The translations under genes and the position numbers were made by a program. Source: Rhizophagus irregularis (Eukaryota). From it: a stretch of DNA of 64,000 nucleotides. Under the pieces are notes generated by a model. That model worked only from the letters and a program-made list of their open reading frames with translations, was not told where the DNA came from and did not search any database. Positions 52,335-64,000 of this stretch are shown piece after piece (positions within the stretch are counted from its first letter, which is position 1; every line of letters starts with the position of its first letter). The stretch is taken from contig NC_089434.1 in assembly GCF_026210795.1 (NCBI RefSeq), positions 2,108,001 through 2,172,000 on the forward strand, read 5' to 3'.

Positions 52335-55300
52335 CAGAGTTGTGGTCGTACATGTGTACTAGCAAAATTTTAGTACTCGTATAGTACTCGGACTAGTACG
52401 TACTGTGCTTAGTACATGTCATGTAGTACACTTCTAAGTGGTAGTACATCTGTACGAATCTGATCTAGTACAAAATTAGTACATTAGTACAGATTCGTAC
52501 AATCATTTTTTTGTATAACAGAACGCGACAAAATTAAAAAAAAAATTTATTTTCTTCCTAAATAATTTTTCACTTACGTTATAATGGTAGAAGGCTTAAA
52601 AAAATATATTATTTCAACAAAGTTAAAAAGTGTCGTTACTAATAAATTATGTTATTGTAGAGCATGTTTTAATAAGCTTGACGAAAATTATCCTGAATTA
52701 AAAACAATAGTAGATAAAACTGATAGAATTTTAAAACATTTCAAAAACTGGCAAAACTTTCAAGATTTATATAGTCAACAGGAAAAGGATGAAGTGTTTT
52801 CAATTAATATAACTAATAAACGAGAAAAAACAATTTTGGGTAAACAAATATGTAAGTAATTCTTAATACCTTGTTATTACTGCTATATTAGCCTAAAAAT
52901 AGCATTTTAATGTACTCTTTTAATAGTGAATGATTATAATTCAGACCTTGATTACTCACAAATTTAGTCTTTTGAACGAAGAGAATCATTTTCTTCACGC
53001 TCCTCATTAACCTCTCTGCCTTCTCAATAGTCAAATTATGGACCTATGGACTCACATGTTGCGCGTTCTCTTTCAAGTACAGATAAAGCAAAATTTCATA
53101 TATACTTATTACAAGTCACTATTTCTTGTGGATTTCCATTATCCTGGTTAAATAATCTAGAGGTCATTGAATTATTTAAATTTCTTAACCCACAAATTAA
53201 ACTACCAGACCAAAAAATATTATCAAATGAAATTTTAGACAATGCAGTTAAAGAATTTGATGTTAGGATGTTAGAAAAATTGGTATTAGATAGGATAGGA
53301 ATTACTCTCTCTTTTGATGGTTGGACAAATATTCGTGAACAAAAATTAATGGGAACGGTACTTACATCATCTGATGGACAACCATTCATATGGAAAGCTT
53401 CAGATATAAGTAGTGAAAGAATAACAAATGTTGAAATTAGATCCAAAGTGGAGGAAATGATATCTGAATTAAATGAACTCAAAATTCCTCTTTTAGCAAT
53501 TGTTACAGATAGTGCGCCTGCTTACAATGCAGCAAGGTAAATAATTATTATTTCTTTATATAATTATTTTGTAATATTTTAATTAATTATATATTAATTA
53601 TTTAATTATAGAAAAAGACTACAAACTCAATATCGTAATATTGTATTTTTACCTTGTTATGCCCACCAAATTAATTTGTGTGTAGGCAAAATTTTTAAAG
53701 TTTCATCTGAATTCAAAACTACGTCACAACAAGCTCTAAAACTAGCTGTTTATTTTAAAAATGCAAATAATAAATATTTTATTGGTAAACTCTGAGATAT
53801 TCAAATGGAAATATATGGTAAATGTATTCAACCAGCAGTTTCGGATGACACAAGATGGAACAGCTACTTTAATTGCTGTAAAAGTTTAAATGCTACCAAA
53901 AATGCTTTACGGGTATTTAATTAATTTACTACTTAATTATAATTACAATAAAATAATTTTTACTAATTTAATTTAATTTTTTTTTATATTATTATTAGTC
54001 TTTAGCTACAAAATTTGAACCTCCAACTTCTACAACTAGGAGACGGCCAACAGATCCATTGATAATTCCACATGAAATTTATAATATAATTATGAATGGA
54101 AGTTTTTGGAAATCCTTAACAAAATTTGAACAACTTTTAATTCCTTATTGCGCCATCCTTAATATTTTACAAACTGATAAGGCATGCTTATTTGAAGTCT
54201 TACATGAATTTGCTTATCTTTATCAATTTTGGCAAAAATATCCAAATAGTAACATAGCCAATGGAATTCTAATTAGACTAGAAAAGAGATGGGAATTATG
54301 GGAACAGCCTCTTCTTATTCTTTCTTGACTTTTCCATCCAGCTTATAAATCAAATTATTTTACATCACCATTAAGATCACAAATCAACTATTTACATATG
54401 GTAAATGGTTAACTTATTATTACAAAGCTTGGACCGGAAAAGAACCAACATCTATTCTTAAAGAATTTGATGAATTTTCACAAGAAATTAAATATCCTTT
54501 TGATGACGCATCTGTTGCTCAATTTGAAAATGGAATTCATAAATATTGGTGTTGGGTTCGAAATACTTATCCAGAAATAGGAACTGTTGCAGCACATATT
54601 TTTGGAATTTGTGTTAATGCTGCATCAGTTGAACGATTATGGAGTAGTATGGGTTTTTTTCATACAAAAACTAGAAATCGATTAAAGGTAATTAATAATT
54701 TCATATCAGCAGGTTAATTATATTATTTATTGATTCCATTGTATAATACTAAATAGATCAGCAAATTATATTTCTTTTTATTAAAATGACTTAGTATAAC
54801 GTGATCGATCAACAAATCTTACTTATTAAACCCACTGATATGCTTTTAATTTAAAAATTTTCTTATTACTTAATTTAATAATTTATTTATTATATTATAT
54901 AGTTTTCTCGAGTATTAAATATGGCTAAATTGTGGGTTGATATTACTTATAAATGGCGTAAACAAAAATCTATAGCATTAAAATCAGCCATAAATAATAT
55001 CGAATTAGAACAACATACAAATTTATTAGACAATATAGATAAATAAAATAAGGAAACTGAACCTGATAATAATAATAATAAAAATAATGAAAATGAAGAA
55101 AGTGATGAAGACATGGATGATGAAGAGTTTAATATAGAAGAGGAATTTCAAAATCAAATAGAACAATTTTTAGAAATAGATAGTAATATAAACGATGATG
55201 ATTTTGATTTAGACAATATAAATGTTGAAGGTATTGAACATCCAGCACAAAATAAAGATGCAAAATGGAAATTAGATATTATATTTGAAGATAATTTGCA

Positions 55301-55571
55301 TTGTCCTTTTTAAAAAAAAAAAATAATAAATAAATAAATAATGTGTTTGATCATATTTTATAAATATCACGTGTTTTTATATTTTTGTACTTTGTACGAA
55401 AAGTAAAATTTTAGTACATGTACTAATACTTCGTACAGTCAATAAAATCAAGAAAAAAAATATGATGTCATACGTACTATGTACTAATTCTCAAAATTTG
55501 CGAAGTACAGTACAGTACCAGTACAGTACTAGTATTGTACTAGTACAGTACTAGTACAATTCCCAACCCTG
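52335..55571 (+). mobile_element. hAT transposon C inserted into the transposase of B
   Basis: 8-bp TSD CCTGCAAC (52327-52334 / 55572-55579), TIR CAG(A/G)GTTG, GTAC-rich subtermini. Confidence 0.9.
52584..55313 (+). pseudogene. Intron-containing hAT transposase of element C
   Basis: LSFDGWTN, IVTDSA, PCYAHQINL, DTRWNS, hATC GICVNAASVERLWSSMG, acidic tail; stops and a frameshift. Confidence 0.85.
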
Positions 55572-58500
55572 CCTGCAACTACTAGGAAACCACCTGGTAC
55601 TCAAACAACCCTCTCCTTTTCCACAAATTCTACAAAAAACAAAGGAAAAGGTAAAATTATAATTAATAATAATAAATTATAGTTTCATCTCTATGTACAT
55701 TTATTAATAATTTTCAACAAAAAAGCTGATCATGATAAGAATATATACAAACGAAAAAAACCATCATTTACCCAGGAATATTTTGAAAAGAGTATTAATG
55801 ACAAAGGTGATGAGATACGAATTTGTAAAATTTTAGATGAAAGTGGTAAAAAATGCGACCAAGAATATAAGAATGTTGGAAGTTCAACAGAAAACCTCAT
55901 TGTGCATCTTAGGGATAAGGATGAAATTGTTATGCAGGATGATACAGCTGTTTTAAAAAAAGTATGATAAACATGGCATTGCATGTATCATTATGAATAT
56001 TATATTAATTATATTCATACATTACTACTTAATAATTTTTAGCCATGAAATTCCAAAATTACTAGCTTTGTATGAAATTGTCATCCTCATTCTAAGCATA
56101 TTCAAAAAAAATGCGAAAAAATAACTCTTAAATAGATGTTACTTATGAACTAACCTTTTTCTGCAATTACTAATAAAGCATATAGAGAAAAAATGGCTGA
56201 ATTTGATTCTTCTTTTGTTGTTCCAGGAAAACAGAAGATCAAAATAATGATTGTTAAAAGTTATAACTATAATCAGCAAAATTTTCAAAATCTTCTTACT
56301 GAAACTGCAGAAAGTGTTTCTCTTACAATAGATCTCTGGTCTAGTAGAGCCAAACATGGATATTTGGGAGTCACTGCAACTTGGATCACATCGGATTTTG
56401 AAATTAAAAATGTAATGTTAGAAAACAAATATGTTCCTTCTCCACATTCTAGTGATGTTATTACTAATAAATTTTACAGATGTATCAAGAATTGGAATCT
56501 TGAGCAGCGTGTAACATCAATCACCACTGATAACAAGTCAAACATGGTTGCAATATTTCGTTTATTGAATCAGAAAAGTGGATGTAAAGATGTTAAACGC
56601 CTTTCTTGTACAGCACATACCATCCAATTGGCAATTGGAAAGGGGTTGGCATCTGCAGAGATTTTAGTAGCACGTATAAGAAGATTAATTCATTTTTTTC
56701 AATATTAAAAACAAGTAGAAAGATTAGAGCAGGTACAAAATAAACTTGACTATGTAGATATTATGCGCTGTATTCAAAACGTATCTACATGTTGGAATTT
56801 AACGTATTATGCTTGGGATCATCTTTTCTTTTTAAAAGATGCTATTATCCAACTTCAAGCAGATTTATGCACATCAACTGATCGGGAAAGTAAGAAAGAT
56901 AGCAATAAATTGAAAAGAATCTTACTTTCTGATGAAGAATGGAGTCTGTTAGATCAACTTATTGATATATTAATACCATTTAAGGAAGTAACCTGTGAAT
57001 TTTCTGGCAATACATATGTAACTTTAAGCCAAACCATTCCAACTATTAAGGCAAGAATTTTTGATTTAGCTTCTAAAGTACCACAAAATGTTAATGAATT
57101 TTTGGATGAGGATACTGTATTTGACTTTGAAATTGTAGAAACACGTTTTATTGATTTTGATGATGATGAAGTTATAAGTAATATTACAAAGGAAAGTATT
57201 TCAATTAAAAATTCATTAGATACAACAGGTATTTTAGAGAAAGTAAAGCAAAATATATACAATGCACTAATTTACTACTGGAATATTCTAAATGATCTTG
57301 GTTTAATGGCAGCTTTACTGGATCTTCATTATAAAAACTTGGATTTTATAGAAATTGATACTGAGAAAGAACGAATTATTCAAAAACTCCGTGATGAAAT
57401 TGGTAAAGTAGTAATACCAGAATCTGAAACTTTGAATAACCCAGCTCCATCCATAGATATAGAATCTTCAATACATTCATATAAAGAATATCATCAACAG
57501 CGTAAAAGTAAAACTAAAAAAGCAATTCTGAATATGGTAATTTGTGATGAAGTTATGAATTATTTGTCATTGCCATTAGTATTAAAGACAGAAAATCCTT
57601 TAGATTGGTAGCGAATACGTTCTCAAAATTTTCCAAAACTTGCCAAGTTAGTTCGCAAGTATCTTGCAATACCGGCAACCTCAGTATTAAGTGAACGACA
57701 GTTCTCTGATGTTGGTAATCTCATTAGTGCTAAGAAGACAAGTTTAGATATAAAATTAGCAGGTCAAATGCTATTTTTAAAGAGAAATATTAAAACAATG
57801 AAAGTTTTTGCACCAAAATGGGATGAAAATATTGAGATAAACTAAATTTTATTAAATTTCAATAAAATTTTGATGATTTTATAAATTGTTTTTACAATAT
57901 TTTGAACTGTTAATACATTGAATTTCTAGGTTTAATACCATTTTTTTGTTTTATAAATTTTTAAATTTAATATTTATCTATCATTTAAAATTCTAATAAA
58001 TTTTCAATTTAATGATTACAATAAATAAGTTAATTACTGCAAAATAAACATATACGAAAAACAAACTGATTAAAAAATAATTAGAAGAGCCAGGGGGTTA
58101 TTTTTTTATTATAATAATTTATTATTTAAAAAATATAAATGATTAGTTAATTATATTTTAAAAAAGAAAACAGATTAGAATTTAAAATACGGATGAAATC
58201 TGAATTTGGTTTAAATTTATGGATATCTGAATTGATTTTAGAATCCGAATTGGATCAAATTATGAATTTAAGTGATCATCTGTAAGATTTTTGAATTCGA
58301 ATTATAAACTGGATTCAGTAATAGAAATTCAGATTTGATTCAAATGGCCTCCAAAATATCAGATCAGACCCCTATCAAAATGATATTAAAATGATAATTG
58401 AAATGACATCAAAATAATATATTTAGATGTCATTTCAGATATCATTTCAATATTAATTTAATATCAATTCAATATTAATATAATATCAAAATGATAATAC

Positions 58501-58924
58501 TTTATTTTAATATTACATCGATATTGAATCAATATCGAAATCATGTTAAAACAATACCGTTAAAATAAACTTAACAATATCAATTCTATATTAATTAAAA
58601 ATGTTAAGTTTCTGTAAAGATATAAACTTAATATCAATAAAGTATATATACTGTAAATCATTAAAAAAAAAAAAAAATATTTGATAGTATTTATAATGAA
58701 CTTGAATTAAATACTAATTAAATCAATTTATAATTTTTTTATTTACTTCATGTTTTAATCCTAGATATTAGGACAATTAGGGGCATGCCAGAAATCAGCT
58801 AATTTCTCTCAATTTGTAGCCTTAACCCCATCCCTGCCTGATTGAAATCTGATTGGCTAAAAAAATTATTACTATTAAATATTAAATATTATACATAATA
58901 ATTAGTATTATATAATTATTTTGG

Positions 58925-59222
58925 CTTCTAGTAATTCAATTTGAACAAACTTTTTTTTGTTTTGTAAAGCTAGATTTATAGAACTAAACGAGTATTATAA
59001 ATTAAAAAAAAAGTTTATTAAAATTGGATCACTAGAAGTCAAGATAATTGCATTATAATAATTATTATAATATAAATACAAATATCTTAAATATCTTAAT
59101 TTCTAGCGATTCAATTTGAACAAACTTTTTTTTATTTTGTAAAGCTAGATTTATAGAGCTAAATGAGTACTATAAATTAAAAAAAGTTTATTAAAATTGG
59201 ATCACTAGAAGTCAAGATAATT
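58925..59222. repeat. Direct duplication of ~125 bp
   Basis: ttctag..attcaatttgaacaaac...gatcactagaagtcaagataattg at ~58927 and ~59101. Confidence 0.8.
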
Positions 59223-59456
59223 GGTTTAGTTATTATTAGTTTAGTTATAAATAGATTATCATTATGTCAATAAAATGACATAATGCCAAAAGATGAATTA
59301 TAATGAGTAATGATAAGAGAATAGTAAAATTGAAGGAAATGAATTAATGAAAAGAGAATCAATATTTTGAAAACTAACATTTTGAAAAATAGAATACTTT
59401 CAAAACATGAAGTTAAAATATTCACAAAAGAAAAACTGATTAAAATATTATAATAA

Positions 59457-59762
59457 TAGGGTTTCGATCCAGATCTGGTCGATCCGAATTCAAATTCGAA
59501 TTCCCTTGTTTTTTGGACATCTGGATCTTACTTTTTTGTAACGGATGAATCCGTTTTTATTAATTTGAGCCAGCACTATAAATTTGGCCAGAGTTAGCAA
59601 ATTTTGCAAACAGTTGATCTTTGACATTTAATATTAATTCTGGTTAAAATTATAATTTTGGTCAGAGTTAAGGTCAAATTTAGAATCTGGATTCAATCCG
59701 AATTCGCAAAAGAAGATCCGGATTCTATCTGAATTGCTTTAAAAAATAAGATTGAAACCCTA
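59457..59762. mobile_element. hAT MITE
   Basis: 8-bp TSD TATAATAA; TIR TAGGGTTTC(G/A)ATC. Confidence 0.85.
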
Positions 59763-59816
59763 TATAATAACTCAACCATTATAAACTAATCAATAATAAT
59801 TAGAAATGATTTGATT

Positions 59817-60123
59817 CAGTGTTCGGAAATGACCTGGTCATTTGATCATTTAAATGATTTATAAAATCATTTGTCATTATTCATAATCATTTGTCATTTG
59901 GTCATTTCAATCATTTGATTTTGATTGGCTAATATTTATCACATAAATAATCATGTGACTATAATTAAAAAATAATGAATGTAGTGTAGGCAAAAATCAT
60001 AATGCTGGCCAAAATTACATTCAAATGACCAAGATCATTTGTCATTTGAGCATTGAAATGACATGTCATTTGTCATTTATCATTTGAATCATTTGGTCAT
60101 TTCAAGTCATTTGCCGAACACTG
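59817..60123. mobile_element. hAT MITE
   Basis: 8-bp TSD ATTTGATT; TIR CAGTGTTCGG(C)AAATGAC; TCATTT repeats. Confidence 0.9.
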
Positions 60124-61085
60124 ATTTGATTAATATTAATCAGAAATAATAATTTAAGAATCTTATAATATTCTAAAAACAGATATCTTAAAAGAATATT
60201 TTGAAAACAATATTTGGGAACAAAATATGCTGAAATATTTTGTAAGTATTAAAATTGAGAATAAATATTTAAAAGTGAAGTATTCTTAATAAGACATTTT
60301 GGATAAAAATATTTCTTAGAAAACAAATAAAAATAATTTATTTTTTTTAGAAACAAATAGTAGATAGATTATTTTCTAAAATACTTTAGTTTTGTTTAGA
60401 ATATTTTTAATGTAACTTAAAAAGGTATAAAAGATGGAGGTTTTGGTTTTAGTTAAGTAACACCAAGTTTTGATTTGAAATTGAAAATATTAATGGAAAT
60501 TTAAGAAATAAAAATGGGAATTAATAATTATATTAGTTGTTAATAAAGAGTTATCAATATGGTTTCATATTGAAAACCGTTTAATAATTAATAAAATTTA
60601 ATATTTGAAATAAAATTAATGAAATAAAATAATGATATGAAATATTAATAAATAAAATACATAAAGAGAAGTTATCACCATTTGAAATTATAAGATCATG
60701 AATAATAAAAATTTAAACTAAGCGTAATAATTAAATAAAGTTATGTTTATCAGTATATAGCAGATGTCAGTGATAATATATATAATACAATATCAATTTT
60801 ATTCTAAATTCTGATTGGCTAATATATGTATTACATAATGCTTATGTAATCTAAAATTATTTATGATAAATAGATAATATATTTTTAATTTTATTGAAAT
60901 TAAATTATAGAAATTTTTTTTTTAAAGTTTTTCAAACTTATAATTTATCTAAAAAAAATGTGAAGTTTTAAATAATTTTATAAGTAAAAGCAAAATAATG
61001 ATATGAATTTTAAGGATAATGTCAAGAAAAATTCATTTTAATAGATAAAGTTATAAATAATAAGAATACATATAAATAATAAATA

Positions 61086-61656
61086 CAGTCGCCACTGGTT
61101 ATAATGAACCTGTTTGTACCGAAAACTTGTTGTATTGAACCAAGTTTCACAAAACCAATTTTTTTATAATTAATTGCACTAGATATAACGAAATCACATA
61201 ATAAATTACTATATATTGCATATCGAACTTATTTTAGCCAAATTCGAAAAGTATATCGGTTATATTTTAGTATACTGAACTATCATGTAACTTTAATTAG
61301 TAATATAAAAGAATGGACTACCGGAAAAATTATTTCTGTTAGTATCAGATAAAATTTTCATTTAAATAGCTGGTAAATACTTAAAAAATCGATGAACATA
61401 TAAATTTTAAATAAAATATAGTGTTATCTGTTATAATAAGTCATGTAATCATTTGAACTTTAAATATTACAGTATATGCTGCTATAATTTAATTGGATAA
61501 AATTCATATACCGAACAGTTCAGTATATAATTTAATTGGATAAAATTAAATATTATTTAAAGAACAGTTCATATATAATATGAATATCATATATCGAATT
61601 ACATATCTGAACCAAAACGCTTAGAACGGCAGGTTCGTTATATCCAGTGGCGACTG
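61086..61656. mobile_element. Tc1/mariner-pogo type MITE
   Basis: TA|CAGTCGCCACTGGTTATAATGAACCTG ... CAGGTTCGTTATATCCAGTGGCGACTG|TA. Confidence 0.9.
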
Positions 61657-63461
61657 TACATAAAAATAAGAAAGACAATTCAAGTAATTCTTTCAACTAA
61701 AATTATAAATTTTAATTGAAAAAAGATAAGATAAAGAAGAACTCCAATAATCCTTTCAAAAAGAAATAATAGAATTAAAGAAGATGTTAAAAAAAGTTAA
61801 TGGATAAAATGTAATAATCAGAAGACTATTACTGTAATATTTCACATGAATTTTTAAAATTTGATTTGATTTAAATTTAATTCAGACTCAATTTGATCTC
61901 TAAAAAATATTATCTTGGGATTTAGTAATCTAATTTTGATAATCTTTATTTTAAATTGATAGTGCTCATTAACCTAATTAAAATAAAAAAAGATCATTAA
62001 AATCAGACTGCTAAATTAAAAATTATTTGCACAATATGTTTTTACCCTTCAGGATTAATTAAGGTTATACTATGTCATAAATTGATTTATATGAAACACT
62101 AGTTACCAGTTTATAGAAAATCCTGAACATTTTTTATACAACTTATATTAGAATTTGCATAGAGTTTATATACTAATTCTAATCATAATTGCATATTTCA
62201 AAAGTATTTTCAAAATTTTTTATCTTATATATTCTGTTTTTAAGTGATTTAGTAATTAAATTTTAGCAAATTTAGATTCATTGGATTCATCTTAATAAGA
62301 TGAATCCAATGGTAGTAAAATTATATTTTAGTATTAATATTAATCAAGTTATTGCTAAAAATGCATTTTACTATATCTTTAGTTAATCACTATATAATTA
62401 CATTCATTGAGACCAAAAAAAAATTGGTATAATTATAAAAATATTATATAATATAAATAAAGGGAGGTTTTTAATAAGTATATTAGTAATTTAAACTAAT
62501 GTAAATATACTTATAAAAGAATCTGATTATGTTATTATATTTTTCAGGTTTATAATCTTGCATAGTCTAAACATTCAAACGAACTTGTTTCAACTTATGA
62601 ATATTCTCAAAATCAAGTAATCCTTTGACAATACCTTTCTATGGAACAATTGGCAGTTTTAAGAGGTTATACATATCATATCTTGTATCCTTCTATTTTA
62701 CCTGATAGGCTATAGAGTTAACTGTTTATGGTACTTTTAATTTATCTAATGATAATTTAACTAATATATAGAAAAAAATTATTACTTAATTTTAAATATA
62801 TTGGTTAAATAAAATTAAACTATTTATATTATAATATTTTTGTAATTAATAAATACTTAACTGCATAAAGAAATGCCTGATTTTTTTTTATTATTATATA
62901 TATAAAAACTCATTAAAACTAATAATAATTTGAAAATGTTATATTCTAATATAAATGATAATAAAAAAAAAAAATATTATAAAATAAGGTAATATTATTA
63001 ATATTATTAAACTGAATGTAATTATATTAATATAATTTATCATTAATTTTTATTATTAGTTTTAAATAAGATGATTAATAAAAAAAATAATTACTAAAAT
63101 AAAACTAGTAATAATAAAAATAAAAATAGAACCTAAAATTATAAATCCATTAAAATAATTAATTTTTTTCTATAATGTTCAAATTTATAATAATCGAATT
63201 GGCATAATAATATTTCTTTATTGCCAGAATTAACAGAATTAAGAAATTGGGTGATATATATTTTCTTGATTTTGTTTTGAAATTGCTAACTCTATTACTA
63301 CAAGAAAAATAGCTCATATTGTTAAAATGAATTACATAATAAAAAGAAAAAAAATACAAAATGTATTATATATCAAACTGGGTTAAATATTATATATGTT
63401 ATATATGGTTTTTTGGTTAGTCATACCTTGTCTTAAAAATTACCTTATTTTAACACATTAT

Positions 63462-64000
63462 CTAAGCATTGCCATTTTCTGTTGTTATAGCTGTATCATT
63501 GCCATTCTTAGTAGTCTTTTCCATTTCTTCTTTTTCTTTCTGTTCTTTTTCTTTTTGCTTTCTTCGCTCTTCTACTCTTCGAAGCGCTTCATCTGTGTCT
63601 ATTGGTTTGGCTTCGCCAAATGGATTTGGTTTGGATGATCGCGGTGCAACATTTTCATTTGGGACAGTAGCTGAACTTCGTGGTTTAAGCTCAAGTTTTT
63701 TGCGCATTGGTGGAGATGTATCAGTAGTATCAGTATCAGTTGCTGATGCACGAATATTGTTAGAGTTTTCAGCTTTCGATTCTGGTGATGGACGCATATC
63801 ATATTTTCGCACTGAATTGTATCTTTCCTCAGACTTACGCTCACGAAAACTGCTTGATCTACTATTATTAAAACCTCCACCTCTCCACTCTGTATCTCCT
63901 TTACGTTCGACCTTATCATTTCCTCCACGATCATTTCGTTCAATGCTACGATCCGTTCGATCAAACCTGTCACCACGATCACGTTCACCACGATCGATTC
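63462..64000 (-). CDS. Translation initiation factor eIF4B-like protein, C-terminal part (gene starts beyond the window)
   Basis: Open frame from the window edge: DR/ER-rich repeats, EWRGG, RKKLELKPRS, SKPNPFGEAKPIDT followed by a charged helix, typical of eIF4B/4H. Confidence 0.75.
   Translation of the reverse strand, partial: IDRGERDRGDRFDRTDRSIERNDRGGNDKVERKGDTEWRGGGFNNSRSSSFRERKSEERYNSVRKYDMRPSPESKAENSNNIRASATDTDTTDTSPPMRKKLELKPRSSATVPNENVAPRSSKPNPFGEAKPIDTDEALRRVEERRKQKEKEQKEKEEMEKTTKNGNDTAITTENGNA

Larger units (their letters stand above)
52216..57844 (+). pseudogene. hAT transposase of element B (52216-52334 joined to 55580-57844)
   Basis: BED-like CKIL..C..GSSTENLIVHL, SLTIDLWSS, ITTDNKSNM, CTAHTIQL, STCWN, and hATC FPKLAKLVRKYLAIPATSVLSERQFS; several stops. 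Confidence 0.85.
51486..58374 (+). mobile_element. hAT transposon B
   Basis: 8-bp TSD TCAAAATG (51478-51485 / 58375-58382), TAG...CTA termini, subterminal ATC(T/C)GA repeats. Confidence 0.8.
51348..58614. mobile_element. Outer hAT-like MITE (GATATC subterminal repeats) split by nested hAT elements
   Basis: CAGAAACTT / AAGTTTCTG ends. The GATATC-rich blocks at 51365-51485 and 58375-58590 become contiguous once the inner element is removed. No TSD. Confidence 0.55.

Noticed and set aside
51017..58680. ~55-bp direct repeat at 51017 and 58620 as LTRs
   Set aside because: Too short and A-rich, with no TG..CA ends and no gag/pol between them.
63599..63991. ORF 63599-63991 as a separate gene
   Set aside because: It is an alternative frame of the eIF4B-like exon; the motif-bearing frame is the one ending at 63462.

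Overview
AT-rich, intron-containing eukaryotic DNA. The gene style and repeat content resemble an arbuscular mycorrhizal fungus (Glomeromycota, Rhizophagus-like); this is inference. Only two host genes are present, at the edges: an 8-exon glutathione reductase (1104-3139, +) and the 3' end of an eIF4B-like gene (63462->64000, -). Everything between is a deeply nested stack of mobile elements, and many boundaries can be fixed by TIRs and target-site duplications (TSDs) read from the sequence. It includes three APE/RT/RNase H LINE copies or fragments that end without a poly(A) tail; two copies of a 1.9-kb ORF1-only retroposon with 18-bp TSDs; and Sola3-like, RAG1/Transib-like (with a convergent zinc-finger gene), pogo and two hAT transposase relics plus many MITEs. 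There is also a ~21-unit tandem array in which each unit looks like a micro-exon plus a GT-AG intron. The most unusual feature is an intronless, virus/plasmid-like ~7-kb module (25.2-32.5 kb). It encodes a protein-primed family B DNA polymerase with an OTU-like N-terminus and no visible exonuclease, a D5/SF3 helicase and two F-box-like proteins. Its genes share an upstream AATTGAA motif, and no capsid or integrase is visible. Family assignments come from motifs read by eye and were not searched.
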